A stretch of DNA of 64,000 nt from Callorhinchus milii. Taxonomy: Eukaryota. Below, one piece after another: positions 1 to 12,337 of the stretch. Within the stretch, counting starts at the first letter, position 1. The number at the start of each line of letters is the position of its first letter. Where the stretch lies: assembly GCF_018977255.1 (NCBI RefSeq), contig NW_024704742.1:7380001-7444000 (forward strand). Reading direction: 5' to 3'. The position numbers and the translations under genes were made by a program. A model generated the notes under the pieces. That model was not told the DNA's origin. It searched no databases and saw only the letters and a program-made list of their open reading frames with translations.

Positions 1-712
1 GGGGTTGTGAGGAGGTCACCACTCAAGGGCCAACTGAGGTGAAAAAGGTATTCCCTTTTGATGTGTGCGTTAATCTCCATCCCGTCTATAAACACCAGTT
101 CATGTTGCAACGACCAGCGAAGGCCAAGTGTGGATGTGTGAGCACCGTGCCAGTCCCGACGTTTAAGTAATGTCTGTCATTATGTCCTTGAAACTGGCAG
201 TGGAAAATTGGAGGCTTTTGTATTGCTGAGTTTCCCATCCCCCTCCATTTGCATTTGGGTTTGATCGAGCCACAAGGCAGGCACGTGCTCCTTACACTCA
301 ATTTTGAGATGCCTGGCACTGCAGAGTATCCCCGTACACTTACAGTGGGACATTCCAAAGTAAGATAAGATTGGCATTTCATGTTGATATTTTAAAGCTA
401 TCTGATCTTTAAGCTAAAAGCTCGAATGAATACTTCTAATTCAAGGCCAGGTCTCTGATTTTCCAAATTTACTGCCTTCTACAATGTGAGATCAAAACAT
501 GCATTGTAGTAAGTTGATCTCTATCAGTCACTCTCAGTATGCACTTGTATGTAAGATTGATGCGATCTCCAATTTCACTTTCAAAATGCCATTGGAGGTG
601 AGTGGTGAACATGTAGTGAACAGCAGATCGAGGGAATATGCCATGTACTATTTACATGAATATTTTCAAACACTTTGACCCAGCGGTAGTGCACATTTCC
701 TTATAATAGTGT

Positions 713-957
713 TAATAATAATCCTCGTATTTGTTACAGTGCCTTATCATGTCTCAAAGGGAATGATTGTAAAGTGTAAGTACTGTGTATTTCGTAGACA
801 AATGCAACAGCCAATTTGATATTGCGCCTTATCATGGCTTTGAGACGTCTCAAAGCGCTTCACAGAATATACTGTAAAGTGAATTGACTGTATATTTTGT
901 AGGTGAAACGCAGCAGCCAATTACACTCAGCAGTGTCCCACAAACTGTCGTGGATTG
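713..957 (-). mobile_element. SINE 3' fragments (older tail plus young-SINE 3' half)
   Basis: Reverse complement of the shared SINE 3' body and tail (CTGTGAAGCGCTTTGAGACGTC...AAGGCGC). Confidence 0.8.
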
Positions 958-1190
958 TACCACTCTCGCCTCTGAGCCAGATGATCGTGGGTTCAAGGCC
1001 CATGTTGATGACTTTGAGCTCAGTCTTGGCTGATATTCCAATACAGTGTTTCTGCAGCTCCGAGGTCCAATCCGTCTGTTTAGGTGGACATTAAGATCCC
1101 ATGGCACTTTTCGAAAAATAGAAAGGAGTCTCTCTCCATATCCTGGCCAACAATCCCCCCAAAATAATAATAAATGGTCATTCGCTGTTT
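958..1190 (+). mobile_element. DeuSINE/SacSINE1-like SINE fragment
   Basis: CTCTCGCCTCTGAG head remnant and AGGTGGACATTAAGATCCCATGGCAC, typical of the Deu-domain SINEs in this window. Confidence 0.7.
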
Positions 1191-2299
1191 ACAGTACAAT
1201 ACAATACAAATTTACATTCATGTAGTGCCTTTCATGTCTGGAGACGTACAAAGGATGGCGTGTGACGGACCTGGCTTGGCACCCGAGCTGGGGTGGGAAC
1301 CAAGTGGGTTGGAGAGGGAAAGATAACCAAAGGCAATTGAGACATTTTCAATGTTATCAGTGTAATATCATAAGCTAGGATTATTTTGAATGCGAGGACT
1401 GTGCATGAGCCTCAAAAGCAACTTCATACCTCATCGATGTGGCATTCCATTCCCCTCAGCGTCCATCCATTGACCTGCAGGAATGTGACTCCTCACTTGC
1501 ACTCAGTCAAGTTTGTCCTGTGGACCACAGGAGCTATCCTAAGCTATCTAACCAAACTGATTGCGGCCATCAGTCTGAGTTGGACATGATGCAAGTGGTA
1601 AATGGACAGTATGTTAATACATTGCACTCAAGTTGTATTTTTGAGTCGAAAATGTCTTTCTCAATTTCACAAGTGCAGAGTGTATAGCTCATTTCCAGCC
1701 AGTAATTATTTTTACTCCATAGATCAATCCTTTGCACTTGTGGTATGCTATTATCTCTATTTAGGGCTGCTGCAATGACATGCCCTTGGTAAAGGTATAA
1801 AAAGCCAGTCTTACAGTGCCTCTGCATGTTTCTTCTGTTTGTGAAGTATTACAGGCCACACTTCAGCAGTGTGTTAATGAGCTCCGCTATGAACTTTACA
1901 AGTGCTTCTCTGTGTCTCTAAAGCGACTTCACTGGCTGGTGAGGAGACTGGATAAATAATTAAAATGTGAACTCCAATCCTTGGTTAAGATGGGACATTT
2001 AACTTTGATAATGGGATAAGAGCACACAATTCTGTTGACCTCTCGTAACTCCTTCCCACTCACTAAGGCAGGGTACACGTTGCTCCATTACTCTTCTTGC
2101 CTTATTGTTTTGGCAGTGGCGTGGCACTTATTTCCAAATCCTTTTCAGTTTGTCCCTATAATCCTACCTACCAAGTCTTTCTTCTCTAAACACCTCATTC
2201 TCCCCCATTCCTCTAACCTCTCCTTCAAGATCCTCCTTATCTAACGGCCTTTCAAATCTCCCTACACATTTCTTGCCAAGATTTACCTTTTTTACTTAT

Positions 2300-2480
2300 A
2301 ATAATAATTGAGTCACTCAATCCACGAATGTTTGTGGGACACTGCTGTGCGCAATTGGCTGCCGCGTTTCTCCCACAAAATACAGTCAATTCACTTTGCA
2401 ACATATTGTGTGAAGCACTTTAAGACGTCTCAACAATGCGTTAAGGCGCTATATCAAAGGCAAGGATTATTATTATTGTT
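2300..2480 (+). mobile_element. Young SINE, 5'-truncated
   Basis: Shared 3' body plus GCAAGGATTATTATT tail. Confidence 0.85.
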
Positions 2481-2519
2481 AGTTGATATTTTGCCTTTCA
2501 TGTTACAAGTGTCAGCCTT

Positions 2520-3860
2520 GACCATGACACCAAACCTTCCTCCTCCTCCTCTCAGCTTCTGCTCCAATCACTGCCTCATTATAGGTGATTTCAAGCTCCA
2601 CTTCACCCCTACTTGTCCCAACTCCACTCTTCTCTTAGCCTCTACATATATTACCCACATCCACAGCCATCCCCTTGATCGTGTCATCACCCAAGGTCTG
2701 TCTACCGAGATCTCCCATCTCTGACAAGACTATCTCTGACCTTTCTTCATCTCCCTCATTTCCCATATCCTTCTTCCTGCTGCCAAGAGATCCACCATCT
2801 CCTCATTCCCTCTCAACAGCTCTAAAGTGTTCTGAACTCCTCCCCCTCAGGCTTTCCACTTGTATTAACCTCACATATTTATCGAGCTGCTCAATAACTC
2901 CCTCACCTCCACACTCAATTTTCCTGCTTCTATCTAATCTCAAACTGCTTCCCATCCACTCAATTGTCCCAGGTCCAATTGAGCATTCTGAGACGCCATC
3001 CAGAGTGAAGGGCACTTCATAAATGCAAGTTGTTGTTGTTGTTGTTGTTGGTCCAATTGTCACTTCTACTTGTTAAAATCCATCGTCCATGCATCACAGC
3101 GAATGTGGCTCAATTCTTGTCTTGTAGTCCGTTACTAGATCTGCTAGACTTCCATCGAAACCTACCATCTCTCCCTATCCTCAGGCAAATCTCTCTCTAT
3201 TCCAAGAACATCTTGTGGAGCAAAAGTGAGCGAGCTAGTTTCTAAAATTGCCCAAACCCACTCCGTTGCCTCTGTTTTCTCTTCCTACCCCTGCTTCCCT
3301 ACCTCCACATGCTTCACAGCTTTGCCCTTCTCATCACCCTATCCTCGCCCAACTCTCGGATGAAACCCTCATCCATTTCTTTGCCAACACAGGACTTTTG
3401 ACTTATCTTAACTCCTTGCTGTTCTGGCTTCCTCGCTCTACCAACCATAAGCTTGAGATTATCCAGAACTCTGTCACCAGCATTCTCTCCTGCATGAAAC
3501 TGCACAAGCTCATCACACTGCCTGGCTCCCTATCCCCAAAGTGGACAGACTTTAAGATTTTCTTCCTAACCTCTGTGGTCTCTAGCGATCCTACTTGCCA
3601 GCCCACCCCCTCCGCTCCACCATTCCTCCTGTGTGTCCCCTTGCCTGCTCTGCCCCACCATCGGCAGGGGAGCTTTCAGACATGGCCCTCTGCTCCGTGG
3701 AACTCTCTTCTGAAATCTGTTCACCTTGCTCCGTCTTGCTTTGCTTTCAAAAACAACTTTAAAAACTTACCTCTTTTATTGTACCCCCATCCCCCCATAT
3801 TCCTCCAACACTTCCCCCTAGGCTCAAGCTCCCATTCAAACTTTGTGAATGTTGTCCAAT
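2520..3860 (+). mobile_element. Decayed L2-clade LINE fragments (APE endonuclease remnant, internal L2 tail, ORF2 C-terminus)
   Basis: Translations IIGDFKLH and THIHSHPLDRVIT (APE motifs GDFN and THxxGHxLD) and KLEIIQNS...WNSL; C-rich strand; (TTG)n tail at 3029-3050. Confidence 0.75.
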
Positions 3861-4060
3861 AATAAATGTGCAGTTTAAGTTCAAGTTGACTCTTTGGTTG
3901 TTCTAGACCCCTGTGATGAATAATCATTTTAAAATACGTTAAACTGAGGGTTTTGCCCAATGATGGGTTCGCTTGATAAAGGCACCATCCAGGGTACAAA
4001 GCTGGGTGCAAGCAGGTTCCTGGTCTGCACTCAATTAGCAAATTTCAGCAGGAGATGCTA

Positions 4061-4430
4061 GGAGTCCTGTAGCTCAGTGGTTAGAGCACTCACCTCGCAA
4101 GTGAGAGACCTGTGTTCGATTCCCTGCAGGGCTCAGGGTTGGCAAGTTTCCTTACTCCACACGCCTCCGTTTACCTCGCAGTAAGTAGGAACCGGTTGTT
4201 GGTCGATTGACGGATCGCTTTTCCGGAGGTAACAATTCCTTCAAAAACAAATAATAATAAATTGGTCACTTCAATTCACTACTTAATTCACGCATTAAGA
4301 TGTCAGGCTCCACCATTGTTAAGTGCTGTTGAGACATTACCCTGCGTGGAGGGCGCTATATACTTGGAAGTGGTTGTTGTCTCGAAGACGTGATAGGACG
4401 CTGTATCAAATATAAGGATTATTATTATTA
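4061..4430 (+). mobile_element. Young tRNA-headed SINE, subtype A, interrupted by an L2 tail (about 4300-4380)
   Basis: GGAGTCCTGTAGCTCAGTGG head with A/B boxes, subtype-A middle, L2 tail GGAGGGCGCTATA...GTTGTTG, then the SINE tail. Confidence 0.85.
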
Positions 4431-7035
4431 ACTTGATCTTGTGGCTCTGAACTGGAGGTGAAAACTCAACCAGGATTCTGCCTCCAGTGGCCAAATAATC
4501 CCTGAAAACCAGACATGTCTGATGAGGACAGGATAGAGCTTGGCCACTGTGCACCTTAACAATTATGCACCACATCTAGCTTTATTCAAACACTTTCTTA
4601 TGTTTGGAGAGTGCACTCGGGGGATTAAGGAGCAGCAAAAAGGAGTGGGAACAAAAGACGGAACCGCTTGTGGAAAACGTCTAATGAGCAGTTACCGGTC
4701 TTTGCGACAATATAAATGAACCGGGCAGACTCGAACCTTTCCTAGGAGACCATCTGTCTAGAAAGACAAAGTGACTGCCAGTCCCCAGGGTGGTCATTAC
4801 AGACCGGTTTCACTGTATATTGATTATTAAATATGTTCCTGTCCAAGGATGGGAGGCGCTGGGGCTGAGACGACCAGAGCTTGTTGTGGTCGTTTCTGCT
4901 TAGCGGTTTGAATGGGTTGACGTTGTAGCTGCTTCAGTAGGTTTGTTTCATTTCCCCGAAGAATGGATGAAACACCTTCTTTAATAAAAGCTTCACCCCT
5001 CCCACCCCCAGCAATCAAATTGCTTGAATTTGCAATACGATTCCTTGTAAGAATGTCCAGAATCAGATCATTATCCGCTCTCCCCCCACACCCTCCCTTT
5101 CCCCTAAAGGCAACCTCTATCTGTAAGCAAATCTGCAAAATGATACTTTTCGTTTCTGTATCATCTATTTATGGCCCATTGGCACACACACCACAAAGTC
5201 TAAAAATAATTTTCTGAGACGAGAGGCAATCAGTGCACCAAGGCAGCAGGAATGTTTTGGGCTCCCTTTACAATTACAGTGCAGAAATATGCGAATGCGG
5301 CATAAACAGAACCAGCTTTTATGGTAATCGGTGTCATATCATACAAAGCGTAGAGCCTGCCCAACATTGCATTTTTTTGCCGTTGCTAGCACAGGAATGA
5401 GAGGCGAGTTCTCCCCTGCAGTACTAGCCCCACTTCAGCCCATTATATTGCTGTGTACTACACACCGCTCACATTGCACAGTTTGTCAGTACTCAAGTGC
5501 TAAAGAATGTAACATCGGCAGGAAAGCGCATTTACTGTGATGAACACTTCAGGATATAATTGCTGCTGGTCACTGTTTACAATGCACCACTCTTTTTGGG
5601 TTTGGCTGCTTGCAGTGGCTTGCTGTGCTTTTAGACCTCAGTGAATGACCGAGTGGAGCAGACTCCATGTACACTAATTGCTGATTGACATCGCAAAGCT
5701 TGCTCGGTCCAGGAAACAGCTGTCTCCAGAGCTGCCTTTTCAAGTTGGGTGGGAGGGGTGAGGGGAGTGCTTTATATTCCAAGCAGACAAAAATATAAGG
5801 CTGAAATGATATCATACAATCTCCATTACATAATTGAAAGATGCTGTGACGTTCAAGCTTTTATGACTTAGTGTCACTGAGAGCAATTGTTTGCTATCGT
5901 GACGCTTACATGGTGTGATGAATGCATTTTTATGTGACTTATTGCCTCTGAAACTCTGTGAGCCTTGCCGATGGTGTTAGTGAGCTATTCCCGGGCTCAA
6001 TTCCCGAACTCAATTCTACCCTTACATGAGGTGTCAACAACTATTTGTCCAGGCACGGAATGGGTAGCTGAATGCTAAGGTGGTCTGCGTCTAGTTTGAT
6101 CCTGTGTCTGAGCTGATCTGGACTAGGTAACAGCAGGACACCACAATGACAACAACAAGGTCAGCAAGCACAATCCCAAACTCAATAACCTTCATCAATG
6201 TGACTATCCAAACGATATCTGCCTTGAATTAATTTGAAGGTTGTAATCACTACTGTTGTTAACTATTCTCATTGGTTTATGGAATAAAAAATCCCTGTAC
6301 CTTTTTAAAGTCGGCTGCCTGGTATTACAATGGAGTGCGCATTGTGTTAATACATTACATTTTACAAAGCCTTTTCTGTTAATGTGCTTACAGTGCAGCT
6401 CCTTTGCAGTCCAAGCGATCTGCTATTGGAGTGTAGGAGGAACAAGTTTGATGCTATAGAGCACACTCGATTTGAGCTTTTGTGCAGCCAGTATATCACT
6501 GGCACATTGAACAAAGAGCCTGTTTTTTATTATCCAGTGCCTACGGGGTTATGTTTAGAAACATGAGAATGCTGGATTTTAAAAAGAGGGATGAGAATAA
6601 TGAATACAACATATGGAATTCCTTTTCTGTGACAAGTATTGTTTGATTTAAACTGCAAGATCCCCTTTGTATTTTTTACGTGTTCAAAGAGATTGGCTTA
6701 TGTTTAACTTTCTAACTTCCATATCAAAAATGCAACAGGTGGAATGGTTTCACTTTACAGGTAGATATTGATGTAGCCTTGAAAAGCAGCAGTGATCAAT
6801 TCAAAATGCTCATCAAATATTTCAACTTGAGCTCCGTGAATAATTGTCTTTTTTAGTTTTGAATAAGATGGTTTGAAGGACAGTGCTTTAATTGGATCCT
6901 GACTTTTCTTTGCCCAGTAATATATGAGATTGTTATTTTTAAATGCATAGATCAAGAGGAGCCAGTCTGTAACCTTTTAACTCCTTTATAAGAAATGCAA
7001 GCATTACAAAACTCCCGTTGATCACATTACCTGAG

Positions 7036-7064
7036 CTCATTCTTTTTTTTTCCCCTCATTGCAG
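7036..7064 (+). promoter_or_regulatory. 3' splice acceptor of the ANKRD50 giant exon
   Basis: CTCAT, then a T/C-rich tract and ATTGCAG immediately before the in-frame conserved coding sequence. Confidence 0.92.
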
Positions 7065-10000
7065 GCTTCCGAAAAATTAGCTTGGATGATCTGCGCAAAG
7101 CCTACATCGTGAAAGATGTACAGCAGTATATCCTGTATCGTCTAGACCAGGAGGAGGCACTGAGGCAGCACCTGACGAAGGAAACGGCCGAGATGCTGAA
7201 CCAGCTTCACATCAAAAGCAGCGGCTGCTTCCTGTATCTGGAGCGGGTGCTGGACGGGGTGGTGGAGAGTTTCATCATGCTGCGCGAGATTCGGGACATT
7301 CCCGGGACGCTGAACGGGCTCTACCTCTGGCTGTGCCAGAGGCTTTTCGTGCGAAAACAGTTTGCAAAGGTCCAGCCTATTTTGAACGTGATCCTGGCTG
7401 CTTGCAGGCCGTTGACTATCTTGGAGCTGTACCACGCAGTCTGGACGAAAAACATGAGCTTGACCATGGAGGAATTTCAAAGGAAATTGGACATCTTGTC
7501 CAAGGTTCTCAGAGATGGCCTGGGGAACACTAAAATTCTTTTCCACTACAGCTTTGCGGAGTGGTTGCTCGACGTGAAGCACTGCACCCAGAAGTACTTG
7601 TGCAACGCGGCGGAGGGGCACAGGATGCTGGCCATGAGCTACACGTGCCGGGCCAAAGAGCTCTCACCGTTGGAGGTTCAGGAATTTGCGCTGCACCTGC
7701 TCAATTCTAACCTGCAGCTGGAACCCCATCACCTGGCCCTGTGGATGGTCTGGAACAACACTCCCGTGAAGGGGGCTTTGTCTACCATGATCCCGAAAGA
7801 GCAGGAGATACTGCAGCTGCTCGTCAAAGCGGGAGCTCACGTCAACAGCGAGGACGACCGCACGTCTTGCATCGTCCGGCAGGCGCTGGAAAGGGAGGAC
7901 TCCATTCGAACCCTGCTGGACAACGGCGCCTCTGTCAACCAGAGCGACTCCAATGGACGAACGCTCTTGGCGAGCGCGGCCTACAGCGGCAATTTGGACG
8001 TCGTGAACTTGCTGATATCCAGGGACGCTGACCTGGAGATTGAAGACAGTCACGGGCAGACAGCACTTACGCTTGCCTCCAGGCAGGGACACACCAAGGT
8101 CGTGAACTGCCTGATTGGACACGGCGCCAACATCAACCACAACGACCAGGACGGCTGGACGGCCCTGAGGTCGGCCGCTTGGGGGGGCCACACGGAGGTG
8201 GTGTCCGCCCTTCTCTACGCGGGGGCCAAGGTGGATTGCGCGGACGCGGACAGCCGCACCGCGCTGCGGGCCGCGGCCTGGGGGGGCCACGAGGACATCG
8301 TGCTGAACCTGCTCCAGCATGGAGCGGAGGTGAACAAGGCGGATAACGAAGGGAGGACCGCGCTCATTGCCGCGGCCTACATGGGCCACAGGGAGATCGT
8401 GGAGCACCTGGTGGACCACGGGGCGGAGATCAACCACGAGGACGTGGACGGCAGGACGGCGCTGTCGGTGGCCGCGCTCTGCGTGCCCGCCAGCAAGGGC
8501 CATGCCTCGGTGGTCAGCTTGCTGATCGACCGGGGGGCCGAGGTGGATCACTGCGACAAGGACGGGATGACCCCGCTCCTGGTGGCCGCCTACGAGGGCC
8601 ACGTGGACGTCGTTGACCTGCTCCTGGAAGGAGGGGCGGACGTGGACCACACGGACAACAATGGCCGCACCCCGCTCCTGGCGGCCGCCTCCATGGGCCA
8701 TGCGTCGGTGGTGAATACGCTGCTGTTCTGGGGGGCGGCCGTGGACACCATCGACAGCGAGGGCAGAACCGTGCTGAGCATAGCCTCCGCCCAGGGCAAC
8801 GTGGAAGTGGTGCGCACTCTGCTGGACAGAGGCCTGGACGAGAACCACAGGGACGACGCCGGCTGGACGCCGCTGCACATGGCGGCCTTCGAGGGCCACC
8901 GGCTGGTGTGCGAGGCGCTGATCGAGCAGGGGGCCCGGACCAACGAGGTGGACAACGACGGCAGGATCCCCCTGATCCTGGCCGCCCAGGAGGGCCACTA
9001 CGACTGCGTGCAGGTCGTGCTGGAGAACAAGTCCAACGTGGACCAGCGCGGCTACGACGGGAGGAACGCGCTGCGGGCGGCCTCGCTGGAGAGCCACCGC
9101 GACGTCGTGGAGCTGCTCCTGAGCCACGGGGCTGACGTCGACTGCAAGGACGCGGACGGCCGGCCCACGCTGTACATCCTGGCCCTGGAGAACCAGCTGG
9201 CCATGGCCGAGTACCTGCTGGAGAACGGGGCCGACGTGGAGAGCACCGACGCCGAGGGCCGGACGGCCCTGCATGTGTCCTGCTGGCAGGGCCACCTGGA
9301 GATGGCGCGGCTGCTGCTGAGCGACCGGGCTGACGTGAACGCCGCGGACAACGAGAGACGGTCAGCCCTGCAGAGCTCGGCTTGGCAGGGCCACGCCCGG
9401 GTGGTGCAGCTGCTGATCGACCACGCAGCCCTGGTGGATCACACGTGCAACCAAGGGGCCACGGCCCTGTGCATCGCCGCCCAAGAGGGCCACGCCGTGG
9501 TGGTGCAGACGCTCCTGGAGCACGGGGCTGACCCCAACCACGCGGACCAGTTCGGCCGCACCGCCATGCGGGTGGCGGCCAAGGGCGGCCACACCCAGAT
9601 CATCAAGCTGCTGGAGAAGTACGGGGCCAGCAGCCTGAACGGGTGCAGCCCCTCCCCGGTTCACACCATGGAGCAGACCGGCCCTCAGTCCGTCGCCACG
9701 AAGACGCGCTCGCTCACCATCAAGTCCAACAGCTCAGGCAGCACGGGCGGCGGCGGCGGGGGGGACCTGCAGGCCGCCATGCGCGGGCTGACCAACGGCC
9801 CGCAGCACCCCTTCAGCTCGCCTTCCGAATCCCCGGACTCCACGGTCGACCGGCAGAAGTCCTCGCTGTCCAACAACTCGCTCAAGAGCTCCAAGAACTC
9901 TTCCCTCCGCACGACCTCGTCCACCGCCACGGCGCAAACCGTGCCGATGGACAGTTTCCACGGCATGTCCTTCACGGAGCAGATACAGCAGCACTCGCTG

Positions 10001-10642
10001 CCTCGCAGCCGGAGCAGGCAGTCCATCGTGTCGCCCTCGTCGACCACCCGTTCGATAGGACAGTACCCGGGCTCCCCCGGCAGTGAGTGTGAATGGGGGG
10101 TGGGGAAGCCCAATGCCAGGTCCGGTAAAGGTAGCAAAGGGGGGGTACGCAATGAGCCCAGCGAGGGCTCCAACAAAGCCGGCTCCTCTGGCAAGAGGAC
10201 ATCTCAGGGCAAACCGGGCAGTTCCTCTCAGCCCAAGGTTCCCGAATACGAAATGACGCAGCTGGACAAGCGCACGGCCGCCACTAAAGCCTCGCCAAAT
10301 CAGCCCGCCTCGCTGAAACAAGCGTCCACCGAGTCGCAGTGTAAAATACTGATACCACACAGCCCGCAGGAAACCGTGAGGTCCCAGCAGCAATTCCTCA
10401 TCCAGCAGCACGTGGAGCAAAAGAAAAGGAACGGCATCATGACCAACCCTAACTACCTGCAGGGGAATCCGGTGTACCTGGGCAGGGTAGCTGTTCCAAG
10501 GAGCGGAACAGAGCGGGGACACAACGAATGTTTGGAAGGTTATCCACTCACGGAAACAGAACTGAGCCTCAATCAAGCCCTCAAACTGCAAATTGAGGGG
10601 ACAGACCCCAGCTATAACTGTAAGAAGGAGACACCATTGTAG
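7065..10642 (+). CDS. ANKRD50: Ankyrin repeat domain-containing protein 50, large last coding exon (partial CDS; upstream exons lie outside the window)
   Basis: ORF of 1186 aa that I recognise as vertebrate ANKRD50: (G)[23 protein letters not shown], a long ankyrin array (GRTAL/GWTPL units), a Ser-rich tail and C-terminal KKETPL. The exon starts after a polypyrimidine tract plus CAG (7041-7064) in phase 1 (GC TTC CGA AAA ATT AGC TTG). The TTG start in the ORF track is not the real start. Stop TAG at 10640-10642. Confidence 0.97.
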
Positions 10643-10651
10643 TAGGTACGG
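10643..10651 (+). promoter_or_regulatory. Putative 5' splice donor 3 nt after the stop codon (TAG TAG|GTACGG)
   Basis: AG|GTACGG directly after tandem stops; the downstream 6 kb is repeat-rich like an intron. Confidence 0.6.
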
Positions 10652-11029
10652 TGACCCTTGTTTGTGCTTATTTCTGATGCGTGTTAATCCCAGTCGTGTG
10701 CAAGTTTTCTCCATGTTCACGTATATAAGACACTTCCCCTGGTTTACTTACAGTGTTGCAAGTAGGACATCCCCCCCCCCCGGTTTATCTACAGTCCTGT
10801 GCACAGGACTTTTCCCCATGTGTAAATCCAAACCATAACCTTTCACCTGGTTTTTGTGCAGCCTGAAATGGAATCTAGAATGCTTAAAACCGCCTTTGAG
10901 GTTTGAGGCGCGTGCACACCCGCCAATAACTGGAGGAAGGAAGATTTGCAAAAGTCTCTATCCCATCTATATCACTTTGAGATTGTCTTATTCCAGTTCC
11001 TGTGGAAGGTGTGCCTACCCTGATGATAA

Positions 11030-11384
11030 TAATGTAACGATAATAATTTGATGTAGCGCCTTATCTCGTCTTCGAGACGTCTCAAAGCGCTTCACGGAAA
11101 ATACTGTAAAGTGAATTGACTGTATATATTTTGTGGTCGAAACCCGCCAGCCAATTGCGCACAGCAGCGTCCCACAAACAGTCGTGGATTGAGTGACCAA
11201 TTTGGATCAAATTGGTCACTCAATCCACGACTGTTTGTGGGACGCTGCTGTGCGCTATTGGCTGCCACGTTTCGCCCAAAATATATACAGTCAATTCACT
11301 TTACAGTATAGCCTGCAAAGCACTTTGAGACATTTCGAAGACGTGATAAGGCGCCGTACCAAATGCAAGGATTATTATTATTAA
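11030..11384. repeat. Back-to-back inverted pair of SINE 3' halves
   Basis: Minus arm about 11030-11204 and plus arm 11208-11384, joined at GTGACCAATTTG-GAT-CAAATTGGTCAC. Confidence 0.9.
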
Positions 11385-12029
11385 TACACAGTAAAATATA
11401 AGGTCCACCCAGCTATCGCTGGCTGTCATGTGCTTCTTATGCCTGGTACAGTAATGTTGTGGGTCTGACATGAACTGCTCTTCATGGAAGCTCCCAGCAA
11501 ATTTTGCAAGGACTACAGAGAAGAAACCAGTTTGCAGACCAAGACCCCAAAGGGCATGGGATTCCACTTCACGAACAGCCCAAGGTCTTTGTTTCAGAGG
11601 GTCCAATATCTGTTTTGTTTATTATAACAATAATGATAACAACAACAATCTTTGCTTTTGATATAGAGCCTTATTAAATCGTTGCGATGTCACGAAACAC
11701 TTCATAGGATTTTGTTCTAAATTGTAATGACTGATTATTTGTAAACAAACGGGACAGACAATTTATGCACAGCAAACTCCTACAAACAAATGAAGTGAAA
11801 CAAATACAATACAAATTTACTTTTGTATAGCACGTCGGCGAGGACGTCCCAAGGCACTGAATGAACAACATGAATTACCCTGCAATGTACACAGGGAATA
11901 AGGGGTCTCATCGGGGAAAACTGTTGCCGTACTCTGTTGTATCATCAACCGAAGAGAGATCAAATCGAGATACATTTTTGCATAAATTTACAGATTTCGT
12001 ACAGTTTTTTGTAACCCAACACTAACATG

Positions 12030-12337
12030 AATAATCCTTGCATTTGATATAGCATTTTTCAAGTATTCTAGACGTCTCAAAGTGCATTACAGAATATACT
12101 GTAAAGTGAATTGACTGTACATTTGTGGGTGAAACGCGGCAATCAATTGCGCACAGCAGCGTCCCACAAACAGTCGTGGATTGAAGTGACCAATGGATTA
12201 TTTTTTTTCTCGAGGGATTATTATCAGGTGTGTGGAGTAAGGAAACTTGTCCAAGGTTTCGCCCTGACCTGCCGGGAATCAAACCCAGGTCTCTCGCTTG
12301 CGAGGCGAGTGCTCTAACCACTGAGCTACAGGACTCC
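12030..12337 (-). mobile_element. Young tRNA-headed SINE, subtype B-like, full length
   Basis: Reverse-complement head ends CTACAGGACTCC at 12337; short middle; shared tail. Confidence 0.9.

Noticed and set aside
180..377. LCSAR peptide resembling the preceding ANKRD50 exon
   Set aside because: It is on the wrong strand with no surrounding similarity; I found no upstream ANKRD50 exon in 1-7064.
4061..4135. SINE heads ([13 protein letters not shown]s) as genuine tRNA genes or a protein family
   Set aside because: They are always attached to the SINE body, vary among copies and lack an adjacent Pol III terminator; the recurring peptides are translations of the repeat.
7082..7084. TTG as the ANKRD50 start codon
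   Set aside because: It is an internal Leu codon; the exon begins at the splice acceptor at 7065.
7664..9295. 543-aa antisense ORF, and other ORFs overlapping the ANKRD50 exon (159, 328 and 169 aa)
   Set aside because: Shadow ORFs expected from the extreme GC3 bias of the sense frame; no recognisable protein content.
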